NCBI RefSeq assembly: GCF_004010195.1
Contig: NC_057754.1
Span: forward strand, 8,925,728-8,989,727
DNA: 64,000 nt
Source: Chiloscyllium plagiosum
Lineage: Eukaryota
Direction: 5' to 3'
Shown here piece by piece: positions 49,220-60,614 of the stretch. Under the pieces are notes generated by a model, which was not told the origin of the DNA, made no database searches, and saw only the letters and a program-made list of their open reading frames with translations. Every line of letters begins with the position of its first letter. Within the stretch, counting starts at the first letter, position 1. The position numbers were made by a program, and so were the translations under genes.

Positions 49220-50880
49220 ATACAGCATGGAAACAGACCCTTCGGTCTAATGAGTCAATTCGACTGATTCCAACCCAAACCAGTCCCACTTTTTTGCCTC
49301 TGTTGGTCCATATCTCACTAAATGTTTCCTATTCATGTGCTTATCCAAATGCTTTTTAACTGTTATAACTGTACCGGCATTCACTACTTCATCTGGCAGT
49401 TCATTCCACACAGGAACCACTCTCTAGTTTTGGACTCCCCTCCCCTGGGAAAAAAAAACTTTGACTATTCACCTATCATGCCCCATATGATTTTATAAAC
49501 CTCTATAAGGTCACCCCCTCAGCCTCCAATGCTCCAGGGAAAACAGGTCCAATTCAGCCTCTCCCTATAACTCAAACCCTCCAATCCTGGCAACATCCTT
49601 GTAAATCTTTTCTGCACCCTTTCAAGTTTCACATCCTTCCTATAGCAGGAGACCAGAATTGAATGCAGTATTCCAAAAGCGGCCTAACTAATATCCTTAC
49701 AGCCACAATATGACATCCCAACTCTTATACTCAATGCACTGACCAATAAAAGGCAAGCTTACTAAACACCTTCTTCACTACCCTGTCTACCTGTGACTCC
49801 ACCTTCAAGAAACTATGAACATGCACCCCAAAGTCTCTTTGTTCAGCAACACTCCCCAAGACTGTATCATTATGTGTATAAGTCCTGCCCTGATTTGCCT
49901 TACCAAAATGCAGCACCTCACAAATCTTAAACTCCATCTGCCACTCATCGGCCCATCTGATCAAGGTCCCATTGTACTCTGAGAAGACCTTCTTCACTGT
50001 CCACTACATCACCAATTTTAGTATCAGCTGCAAACTTACTAACCATTCCTCCTATATTCACATTTAAATTATTTATATAGATAACAAAAAGCAGTGGACC
50101 AAGCGCAGATCCTTGTAGCACACCATTGATCACATGCCTCCTGTTCAAAAGACAACCGTCAACCACCACCCTCTGTATCCTACACTGAAGCCAATTTTAT
50201 ATCCAAATGGCTAGCTCTCCCTGGATTCCATATGATCCAGCCTTGCTCACCCCAGTACACCATGTTGAACACCTTGCTGAAGTCCATGTAGATAATGTCG
50301 AAACTTTATTGCTGGAACAGCACAGCAGGTCAGGCAGCATCCAGCTAGCTCTCCCTGGATTCCATATGATCCAGCCTTGCTCACCCCAGTACACCATGTT
50401 GAACACCTTGCTGAAGTCCATATAGATAATGTCCACCACTCTGCCTTCATAAATCTTCTTTGCCACTTCTTGAAAATACTCAAATTGATGAGACATGATT
50501 TACCATGCACAAAGTCATGTTGACTATCCCTAATCAGTTCTTGCCCTTCCAAATACATGTAAATCCTGTCCCTCAGATTCCCTTCCAACAACTTACCCAT
50601 CACTGATGTCAGGCTCATCAGTCTTTAGTTACTTGGCTTTTTCTTACCACCTTTCTTAAATAATGGCACCCAGTAGCCACCCTGCAGTCTTCCAGTACCT
50701 CACCTGTGGCTATCAATGATACAAATATCTCAGCAAGGGATCCAGAAATCTCTTCCACAGCTTCCCACAAAGGTCTAGGATACACCTGATCAGGTCCAGG
50801 AATTTATCCACCTTTATGCATTTTAAGAGGTCCAGCACCACCTCCTCTGTAATATGGATACCTCCCAACATATCACTATT
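49220..50880 (-). mobile_element. CR1 LINE RT and 3' end, with a 44-bp Penelope fragment at 50300-50343
   Basis: VDIIYMDFSKVF, QGSALGPLLFVIYIN and KFAADT motifs. Confidence 0.88.
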
Positions 50881-53800
50881 TCTCCAAGTTTTCCTAGGTC
50901 TCTGTGGGGAAGTAACTCTACAACTACTGCCTGATCTGCTGAGTATTTCAATGTTCTCCATTTTTTTAAATTTAAGATTTGCAACATTTGGAGTATTTTC
51001 TGCTCCCTGTGTTAACTTGACCTATAATCATTTCCAAAAAAATAAAATCTCTCATGTCATCAAAAGACATTCATTCAATCAGCTAGGATTTACTGCAGTT
51101 AAAAACAAACTGCTAGCAAACAGCTGAAACATGAAAAAAGGAAAACTTATTTGGAGATATAATTTGCACTGAACAATGTTGGACAAAATCAGTTCTAAAA
51201 ATTAACTTGGTCAAAATCATTGATTTCTCATTTGCTAATGTACCTTAGTAGTAAATATTGGTTTTGGGATTCCCATCAGATCACATTGGTGATTTTTGTT
51301 GAACTTTCTTTTAAAAATATTCATTGTTTATCTGCTGTGAAACCGTGTAATGATTTTTTTCCAATCCACATTAGCCATACTTTCATAAATATCTGTTTAG
51401 ATTTAATACTCTAGTTTCAGATTGAACTTTTTTTTTCAAACTTGTGCAAAAATTCCATTGTACCTTGGTCACTATTTCCTTAAGTTTCTTCTTCAACAAG
51501 ATGATTAATAAGCCTTTTCTTGTGGAATAACAGGAGAACTAAATTAGCCTGTGGCTTCTCAGCATATTGCTCCAGAAAAACTATCTTGAACATACTGGAA
51601 GAATTTTCTCCACAGCGTTGGTGCTGTTTACCTTTAATCAGTTGGTTGCAGATTGACATCATCCTGGTTATTGTAATCTCCTTCCTACAACTAATTTCTT
51701 AATTGTAGTGTCCTAAATTATTGCCATGGTTGGTGTCCTATAAACCACTATTACCAATGTTGCTGTCCTTTGCTGTTTCTTAGCTTTACCTGGATGCTAT
51801 ATACTTCACTCCTGATCAGAGATTTTCTCTCACTAATACACTGAGCATCGCCCTCCCCAACCCCCCGTTCCCCTTAACTTACCAGTGCTACCCTACCTCC
51901 TTTGCTTTTTTTGCCAGTTTTCTAAACGTAGATACCCATTAATACTAATTTCTCAGATTTGGTCATGCCACAGCCACATGACAATTAAAACCATACCCAT
52001 TTACTTCTAATAGCAACAATCACTATATGATTCAAATTGTATGTAGTACATTCGCCAAGTACATTTAAGTTGTCATTGGACAAGCATATGGACGTACATG
52101 GAATAGTGTAGGTTAGATGGGCTTCAGATTGGTATGACAGGTCGGCACAACATCGAAAGCTGAAGGGCCTGTACTACACTGTAATGTTCTATGTATGTGT
52201 ATTTAGACAGAATGCTTTTAATTCTGTCTTTTTAACAATATTCTTTTATTTGATTCTAGAATTTCAATTACAGATTTTCTACTTCCAGCTTTGTTTTTAT
52301 GCCATGCGAATTCCCTCTCTGATTTCCATCCCCCTGACTAGCTCATTTATAATTTCCCATAAGCACTGGCAAATCTTTCCAACAGGATATTAGTCCCAGT
52401 CCTGCTAAAGTACTTGTCCTCCTTGTACAGTCTCTATCTGCCCCAGAATTCCAAAGCCATCCCTCATCCACTCACATATTCATTCACTATTCAACGACTG
52501 ACTGCTGCTTTTGTGTTTATTTCTGTCTGCTGAAAACAACTTCCAAGCAAAGACTATCCAGTGTTGTAAGAATACTGAACAGTCCAGGTGTGTTTTTGTT
52601 TTAGGATTTGGTTTGGTAGACCCCATTTCTCCAAAGAAAATAATGTGTAAAAAAATTCAAGGAGCAAGAAAATAGGCAACAGGACTCTAGGATTAATTGG
52701 AAACAAAAGAATTTTTACTATGCATACTGAAAACTAAGACAAGCAAAACAGGTACAATGAATCTGTGAGATAATTATTCTAAGCCATACACATTCTATAT
52801 ACATTTTATATCAACATGAGGAAAACGTAAGTTAACAGATCAACTGTGCTTGAGCACCCTTTGTTAATTAGCCAATACAGTCAAGATCGATTCCACCCTG
52901 ATCTAAGTGATACTGTAGGTCACCTAATTTAAATAAAAAAGTCTTAGCTCCTTCACAAGGAATTCTAAAATCTTCACTTTTGAAAATCTGGCATTGAAAG
53001 ACACTCAGAGCCTCTCTGATTAGGACAAGCTGAAGGACTGCTCATGCCTGGGTCACTCAGTTTCGTACCCAGACAATGAGTTCCCCATTGAGACTGTTCC
53101 TAAGTATTTATCAGCACAATTTCAGCTTTAAGAAATGTCTAGCTTCAGTGAGCTGCTGATGTATTTCTGTAAGATCCAATCTTTTTCAGCTGCAGACCTT
53201 GCTTGTGGGCTTCTTTCAACTGCGCAGAGCAATCAATGGTTCCCAGGGCTTCTTTTTGACGTACATAACTGTTTTCCTTGGCATTGAGTTATCACTCCAT
53301 AGGTCCTCTCCTAATAGCCTGAAGGCACATTTTCCACCTCAGCACACACTCAGCTCCAAACTGCAACTAAATTCTCTCAGCATACACACATCAAGATAAA
53401 TCAAAAACCAGAGAATTTTAAGTTACACCCAGCTTCATGATGAGAATGCCTGCTCTGGGCTGTCTTTAACCTGGCATTCAAAGGTTTGCTGAATGTATTT
53501 TATTTAATTTAGTGCCAGCTAAATTGTATGCAGGCTTTACAGACACCACATCACCAGCTAAGAATATGAAAGAAAGTTAGTTAGAATTTTTGCTTAAATA
53601 TGGTTTTACAGATACTTTAGAAGGCAGAATTAACAAGGTGAGCACTGGTCCTTTTCAATGTGAGTTTGGGGAATTAATACTGGAACATAGAAAAAGGCAG
53701 GTGAACAGGCATTTTGCTTTGGTCTTCACTACAGAGGATACAAGATCCCAGAAATAGTTGTAGATTAGGAAATGAAAAAGAGGAACTCAAGAAGAATGCG

Positions 53801-54767
53801 TTCGCCAGGGAACTGAGCAAATCATTGAAACCACAGGTTAACAAGGTGTTGATCGATTTCATCCCAGGGACTTCAAAGATGTGGCGGGTGAGATAATTGA
53901 CGAGTTGGTTCTAATTTTCCAGATTTCTGTAGATTTGAGGAGGTTTCCATGAAGAACATGACTTTCCTTATTCAAAATAAACTAACAGGTCTGGAGATTC
54001 TATCATAAGTAAGGTGTGATAAGTGATTATTAAATAATTATGGCAAGGCACATAGAAAAGTCCAAGATAGTGAGGCAGAGTCAACATTGTTCTGTGAAAG
54101 AAGTTGTGTTGAACCAGTTTCCAGGGTAGTCTTTTGGAAAAGTAACGTGCTGCACTTAAAAGGGAAATTCATAATCTAATAAAGGACTTTGATGAAGGGA
54201 CAAAAGGTACAGTTGCTAAATTTGCTGACAACCCAAGGATTGTTGGGAAAATAAGTTGTGAAGGGGATAAGAAGAGGCTGTGAAGGGATAGATGGGTTAA
54301 GTGAATGGGAAAATGGAGAATAAATTTAGGAAAATGAGAAATTGTCCATTTTAGCAAAGAGAATTGTATTAAAAACATTGAAATAATGAGATATTGGAGT
54401 TCTGTGAATCTGCATGTCCTAGTGCATGAATTGCAGATGGACAGTATGCAGTCCACAGCAAGTAAGTGGGAATGTCAATAGAATAAGAGAACATTGAGAA
54501 GATTTGAATTTCTTTCCAAATTCAAATCATTGAATGACAGAGTTGTTGGCTAGGAATAGTCAACCATATAGCTGTTGGTCTGGAGTCACCTGGAGGCCAC
54601 ACCAGACAAGACCATCAGATTTCCTTCCCTAAAGGGTTTAGTGAACCAAACAGGTTTTTATGGCAATCAACAGTGGTTACCATTAGGCTGGCTTGTTTAT
54701 GCCCGATGATAAATTTAAAGAGGTTGTGCATCAGATATACAGGTATTAGTGAAATCACATCTGGACT

Positions 54768-55326
54768 AGAGAATCATACAGCACGGAAACAGATCCTTCA
54801 GTCATTTGTACCAAACAGACATCCCAATCTGATCTAGTCCATTTTCCAGCATTTGGCCCATGTTCCTCTAAACCTTTTCTAAACATATACCCATCCAGAT
54901 GCCATTTAAATGTTGTAATTGTACCCACCTCCACCACTTCCTCTGACAGCTCATTCTATGCACACACACCATCCTCTGCATGAAAAGGTTACCCCCTCAG
55001 GTCCTTTGTAAGGTTTTCCCCTCTCACCTAAACCTACGCCCCTTAGTTTTGGACCCCCCTATCCTGGGGGAAAAAAACCTTGGTTATTCATACTATTCAT
55101 GATCCTCATGATTTTATAAACCTCCATAAGTTCACCTCTCAGCTTCCGATGCTCCAGGGGAAAAAGTCCTGGCCTATTCAGCCTCTTCCTGTAGCTCAAA
55201 CTCTCCAATCCTGGCAACGTCCTTGTAAATCACTTCTGCACCCTCTCAGGTTTGACAACATCCTTTCCAAAGAAAGGCCACCAGAATTGTACACGGTACT
55301 CTAAAAGTGGCCTCACCAATGTCCTA
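54768..55326 (-). mobile_element. CR1 3' fragment nested in older + strand CR1 remnants (about 53780-55700)
   Basis: Tail and ORF2 C-terminus; the flanks carry AKFADNP and related decayed motifs. Confidence 0.75.
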
Positions 55327-56463
55327 TTGTGTACGGTATTAGTCACTTTATTTAATGGAGAATATAAATGCATTGGATGCAGCTCAGAGAAGATTTACCT
55401 GACTAATCCCGGGAGGTTCTCTTCAAGCCGGAGGGTCACGGTTTCAAAATAATGGGCTTCCCATTTGAAGAGAGAGGAGAAGTTTGTTCTGTCAGAAGAT
55501 TGACAATGTTTGGAATTGTCTTCCTCAAAAGGCAGTGAGCATATTTAAGGCAGAAGCAGAGAGTGTTTTAATCAGCAGGGAGATGAAACCGCATCAGAGG
55601 TAGATGGAAATATACAATGATCACTTCAGTTATAAGCTTATTGAATGGTGGAACAGGCTGAAAAGGACCAAGTGGTCCATCCTGCTTTTAATTCATGTCT
55701 GCACATTCATATGTATGCAATGCAAACTCCTAACTAAGTCCCGATTTCTTCTGGGAAACCCCTCAGCTCTCTCTTGACCATTGGGAAAGGTGTTACTAGC
55801 TGTCCACAACAATTTGATAACTGGACCACTTACCTGGAGTTAGGCAGCCTTGCTTCACTCTGAATTGCTAACAACTGTTTGTATTGAAGCAGGATGCTCT
55901 AGAACTGATGGTGCTCTTGCCTCTTCTTGATCAGAAACTCACTCTTAAAATACAATATCTGGCATTGAAAAAGACATGATTTAAAATGTTTCACATTATG
56001 TCTAAATTTACTGCATGTTTTTCCAGTTTTAAGCCCTATTATCTATGCAGATGTGCCACAGAGATTAACATTTAACTCATTTGCTCTGATTCCACAAACA
56101 ATCAGCTCCTGAAAATTTCTGCTCGTCAACCATTTCTCTCCAAATCAGCTTGGATTTCTGTCTGAGATTTTGCTTTCTTTTAATTTCCAAGTTTCAACAT
56201 TCAGCTAGCACTTTCCGTTGGAATCATGAAAGACTTTAGTGGGAGGAAGAAACTGGAGCCAATCTTTACTTGGAATCAATTTATTTACGGAGTGGAATTT
56301 TGCAGGTATCTCTCTCCTGACTGCATTCTATTGTGTCATTAAGTGTCCTTTTATATGCACTCATGTAACCATCCAATCAATGAACTCCACTAGTGTATAC
56401 TTCACCTCAGCTGATACAACTAACACCCATGGTCACTGCCTTGAAAAGGTTTCTACTCAGTGT

Positions 56464-56644
56464 ACAAAGTTAAAAATCACACAACACCAGGTTATAGTCC
56501 AACAGGTTTAATTGGAAGCACACTAGCTTTCAGGTTGCTCCGAAAGCTAGTGTGCTTCCAATTAAACCTGTTGGACTATAACCTGGTGTTGTGTGATTTT
56601 TAAATTTGTACAGCCCAGTCCAACACCAGCATCTCCAAATCATG
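56464..56644. mobile_element. Penelope-like fold-back insertion with a 12-bp TSD that includes the ZNF gene 3 stop codon
   Basis: TSD TCTACTCAGTGT at 56452-56463 and 56645-56656. Arms 56461-56531 and 56542-56612 are reverse complements with one mismatch. Confidence 0.9.
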
Positions 56645-56645
56645 T

Positions 56646-57863
56646 CTACTCAGTGTGGCTGCCACGGTGTCGGAGCAATGTGGATGACTCACTGAAGCCC
56701 TTCCCACACACAAAACAAATGAATGGCCTCTCTCCAGTATGAGCATGCCTGTGTTTCCGCAGGCTGGATGAATCAATGAATCCCCTCCCGCACTCTGAGC
56801 AGGTGAACGGCCTCTCTCCAGTGTGAACACGTTGGTGTATCAACAAACTTGATGACTCAGTGAATCCTTTCCCACACGTGGTGCAGGTGAACGGCCTCTC
56901 TCCAGTGTGAACTCGCTGGTGCCTCAGCAGACTGGTCGATCGAGTAAATTCCTTGCCACACATGGAACAGGGGAATGGCTTCTCTCCAGTGTGAGCCATC
57001 TGGTGTCGCAACAGGCTTGACAACTGAGTGAATCCCTTCCCACACATGGAGCAGATGAAAGGCCTCTCCCCAGTGTGAACACGCTGGTGTGTCAGCAGGT
57101 GGGATGACTGAGTGAATCCCTTCCCACATATGGAGCAGATGAATGGCCTCTCCCCAGTGTGAACGCGCTGGTGAGTCAGCAGATGGGATAAGTGAGCAAA
57201 TCCCTTCCCACACTCAGAACAGGTCAATGGCCTCTCCTCCGAGTGAATTTGTTGGTGTTTGCACAAGCTTGACGAATCAGTGAATCTCTTCCCACACTCA
57301 GAGCAGTTGAATGGCCTCTCCCCAGTATGAACTCGCTGGTGCTTCCGCAAGCTAGATGAATAATTGAATCCCCTCCCACACTCAGAGCAGGTGAACAGCT
57401 TTTCCCTGTCATGTAATCGCTGGTGTCTCCGCAGGTTGGATGAAACAGTAAATTCCTTTCCACACATGGAGCAGATGAATGGCCTCTCCCCAGTGTGAAC
57501 TCGCTGGTGTCTCTGGAGACTGGATGAAGCACCAAAACCCTTTCCACACTCAGAGCAGGTAAAAGGTCTCTCCCCGCTGTGCACCCATCCATGTGTCAGC
57601 AGGTCAGGTGCCTTCGTTAATACTTTCCCACACGCAGAGCCTGAGAATTGCTGCTCTCGGATGTGAACTCGCTGGTGTAAATGCAAGTTGGATAACTGAG
57701 TGAATCCCTTCCCACAGTCAGAACAGCTGAATGGTCTTTCCCCGGTGTGACCACGTCGATGTGTTTCTAGCTGTGATGGAGCTTTGAATCCCTTCCCACA
57801 GTCCCCACATTTCCATGGTTTCTCTGTGGCGCTGGTATCTTTATGTCTCTCCAGGTTGGACGG
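56646..57863 (-). CDS. tandem C2H2 zinc-finger open frame (14 fingers, finger 3 broken), start codon uncertain, ZNF gene 3
   Basis: The frame is open from after the TGA at 57864-57866 to the TAG at 56646-56648. It includes [27 protein letters not shown] upstream of the ORF-track start. First in-frame ATG is at 57465-57467. Acceptor TTTTACAG at about 58203-58210. Confidence 0.75.
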   Translation of the reverse strand, partial: PSNLERHKDTSATEKPWKCGDCGKGFKAPSQLETHRRGHTGERPFSCSDCGKGFTQLSNLHLHQRVHIREQQFSGSACGKVLTKAPDLLTHGWVHSGERPFTCSECGKGFGASSSLQRHQRVHTGERPFICSMCGKEFTVSSNLRRHQRLHDREKLFTCSECGRGFNYSSSLRKHQRVHTGERPFNCSECGKRFTDSSSLCKHQQIHSEERPLTCSECGKGFAHLSHLLTHQRVHTGERPFICSICGKGFTQSSHLLTHQRVHTGERPFICSMCGKGFTQLSSLLRHQMAHTGEKPFPCSMCGKEFTRSTSLLRHQRVHTGERPFTCTTCGKGFTESSSLLIHQRVHTGERPFTCSECGRGFIDSSSLRKHRHAHTGERPFICFVCGKGFSESSTLLRHRGSHTE

Positions 57864-58485
57864 TCAGTTGAAGCCTTGATGACACACAGAATGTGTATGG
57901 ATTCACACTGCTGTAACAGTGTGATGTTTTTTAAGCCTGCGTAACTGGTTAAAGCTCTTTCCACAGTCGCTTCATTGGAACACTTTCACTTAAGAGTGCA
58001 TGAAGGTGTTTTTCTGTGTGCCTCACTGATTTTACAGCCACTCTGATGTAGATAATTTTTTGAAGAGTGAATATACAAAACAATTCTCCTTCCAAACTTA
58101 AAGACCGATGATAATCAAGTCCCAATGAATAATGCGACTCTATCAGATCTCCAGGTGATGTTTGGTGTGAGATTTGTTTGCAAATCCTTCCCTTTTAATG
58201 TTCTGTAAAATTAATTAATAAAAGTCATTGCTGTCAGTACAGGACAGAAATTTACAGCATACAGTTCTTTATCCTTTTAAATATTCTTTCCTCTCTCATT
58301 CTCCTAGCTATAAGTCTCCATACCACATACTTTCCCTGAATTCCTCCTCCCTGCACCTAGTCTCAAGTTTATTGAATATTGCAACCCAAGTTGATTGACA
58401 GATCCATGATTACCATCTCCATGCAATACATGGAGATATGAAGCTCATAGTACTAGACTAAAACTGTGTGCCACACACAATACTG

Positions 58486-58608
58486 ATGAAGGGCTTATGC
58501 CCAAAACATCGATTCTCTTGCTTCTCGGATGCTGCCTAACCTGCTGTGCTTTTCCAGCACCACACTTTTCGACTCTGATCTCCAACATGTGCAGTCCTCA
58601 CTTTCTCC
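58486..58608 (+). mobile_element. Penelope-like 3' end starting at the hammerhead core, 10-bp TSD
   Basis: CACAATACTG at 58476-58485 and 58609-58618; CTGATGAAGGGCTTATGCCCAAAAC. Confidence 0.8.
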
Positions 58609-59329
58609 CACAATACTGTATTACTCAATTTAGAGGTACATGAGGATTATAAAGAAGAACTTTATTTCCTGAAACTCTCTGCCTACAAAGCTGGTGGAAG
58701 CAGAGATGATCAATGATTTCAAAACAAAATTACTCAGGTACTTAAATAAACTTGCAAGACTATGGGGATTTAGAGAGCGAATAGGACTGATTGGATTGCT
58801 CTACATGAGCTTAGCATGAACTTATGTCACCATTTAGGTTTCTCCTGTGTCTTAATTACAAGTGGAAACAGTACTGTAACCTGGAAATAACACTATAACT
58901 GGTTCGGTGAACTGGCCATGCTAAATCACACTTTTATGTTCACAGATGTGTGAATTTGCCATGGTAAATGCGGGGTGTGGGTCTGGGTAGGATGCTTTTC
59001 TGAGGGTTGCCGCACACTCGATGAGCCAAATGGCCTCTGCCTGCACTCTCGGGGTTCTATGAAGTAAATGCAGGGCCATATCACAAGGACCTGAAATAAA
59101 AGCAAATCTACTTTATGTAGGAACCGTAAATAATTTGTCCTATAATACCACTGTGCTGTACATCTCTATGAGTCTACACTATGTCCCCTTAAATGTGGGG
59201 AACCGTTCCTTTATTCGTGAATTGCAGGAAGAAGGCCCCATCATTTTCACCAGCTAAATAAATGCGTCAAGCTGAGAGAGTAAAAAGGAATGACAAGAGA
59301 GAGACCTGGACCAACCTTTTCAGATTCTG

Positions 59330-59720
59330 CAGCTTCCCTGGATTCACTTCCTCTTCCTTCAAGTGAAGAACTCAACCACATACTGAGGTCAGGGAATAAA
59401 CATTGCCTTCCTTCCGGAAGCTGCTCAGAGGAGGAAGTGTCAATCTGATGCTCCAGGCATGGTTTCTATTGTGACGTCACAATAGGACACTGTCTGAAGC
59501 AGCTAATCGGAATGAGGCTCCAGGGTTTCCAGGCAACTGGGCTGTGGCTCCGCCTAATGCAACGCGCGTGGTCTGGGCTGCGCTGACTCGCTGCAGTTCG
59601 GCGAGAAGTTCAGGGAGTGACCCTTCAGTTTGCTGCACGAAAACTCCTCCCTTCTGTGTCCAGCATAGATTCTCTGCAGCGCAAATAGAGGCTATTCGGC
59701 TCATCACGTTTGTACCGAAC
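59330..59720 (-). promoter_or_regulatory. CpG-rich promoter candidate of ZNF gene 3
   Basis: Full CRE TGACGTCA inside a 20-bp palindrome at 59466-59485, ETS-type CCGGAAG/AGGAAGT sites at about 59345-59440 and elevated CpG. It lies about 1.1-1.5 kb upstream of the ZNF3 exon. Confidence 0.65.
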
Positions 59721-59880
59721 TTGTGAAGTGCACCCCACCCCGCCAAGTTTCATTTCACATGCGGCGAAGCTGCATATTTCTGGACTGTGCGAGGAAATGG
59801 AGCACCCAGAGGAATCGAAACTGCGTACTTAGTGTTTGAGGCAGCAGTGCTAACCACTCAGCCACAGTGCCACTCTTAAG

Positions 59881-59950
59881 TAAGAATGTGGGCATCGATC
59901 ACACTATCTCGTGTGCTAAGTGAGCGCTCTACCATTTGTGTCATTTCCTC
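59881..59950 (-). pseudogene. tRNA-Ala(AGC) pseudogene
   Basis: Minus strand GAGGAAATGACACAAATGGTAGAGCGCTCACTTAGCACACGAGATAGTGTGATCGATGCCCACATTCT aligns with vertebrate tRNA-Ala-AGC (GGGGAATTAGCTCAAATGGTAGAGCGCTCGCTTAGCATGCGAGAGGTAGCGGGATCGATGCCCGCATTCTCCA); the stems are disrupted. Confidence 0.8.
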
Positions 59951-60185
59951 CTCCCCCAGGACGGAGAGAGAGAGGGATGCAGGATCTGGAGGTGGAGTGA
60001 GGTCCATTCTCAGGGTGGGGGTTTGGTGAAGTGCTGCTGATTATGTGACCAAGGACTGACACTGAAACCCATACTGACTGATCTATTCCAAATACATGCT
60101 TCATTGATAAAGGCAAAAGTGCAGTAGTTCTACCAGTTGCTGTCTCATCAGAAATTCTGTGTCCTGTGATCTTGCCCCACTAGCT

Positions 60186-60305
60186 GCTTGATGAAACAGT
60201 GCTCCAAAAGCTTGTACTTCCAAATAAACCTGTAGGATGAAAACCTGGTGTTGTGTGATTTTTAACTTTGTCCACCGCAGTCCAACACTGGCTCCTCCGC
60301 ATCAT
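60186..60305 (+). mobile_element. Penelope-like 3' end (second family, decayed hammerhead)
   Basis: Same tail as 56542-56644. Confidence 0.7.
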
Positions 60306-60614
60306 CAGAATATTGAACCCATGCTGTTGGTGTTTCTCTGCCTCCCAAATCAGATATTGAGCTAACCTACCTCCACACTTAATTGATAATGTGATGTAAG
60401 CTATGGGATTTCTGTGCAAGTTTGGATCCTGCTTTTGAGTTAGTCACCAGTGAGTTTATTTTTCAGTGTCAGAAGTTCATAGCTAATCTGTAAGTATTTC
60501 TGTCGCCATGGCAATTACTTTGAAAATAATTTTTGAAGCCTGGCTGTGGAGTGAATAGTTTGTGCACTGATAATTTTTCGTTTATTTTAGAATGCTTGTG
60601 ACTGAGCATGGTTA

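Noticed and set aside
59881..59950. functional tRNA-Ala gene
   Set aside because: Acceptor, D and anticodon stems carry disrupting changes and the variable region has a deletion; kept only as a pseudogene.
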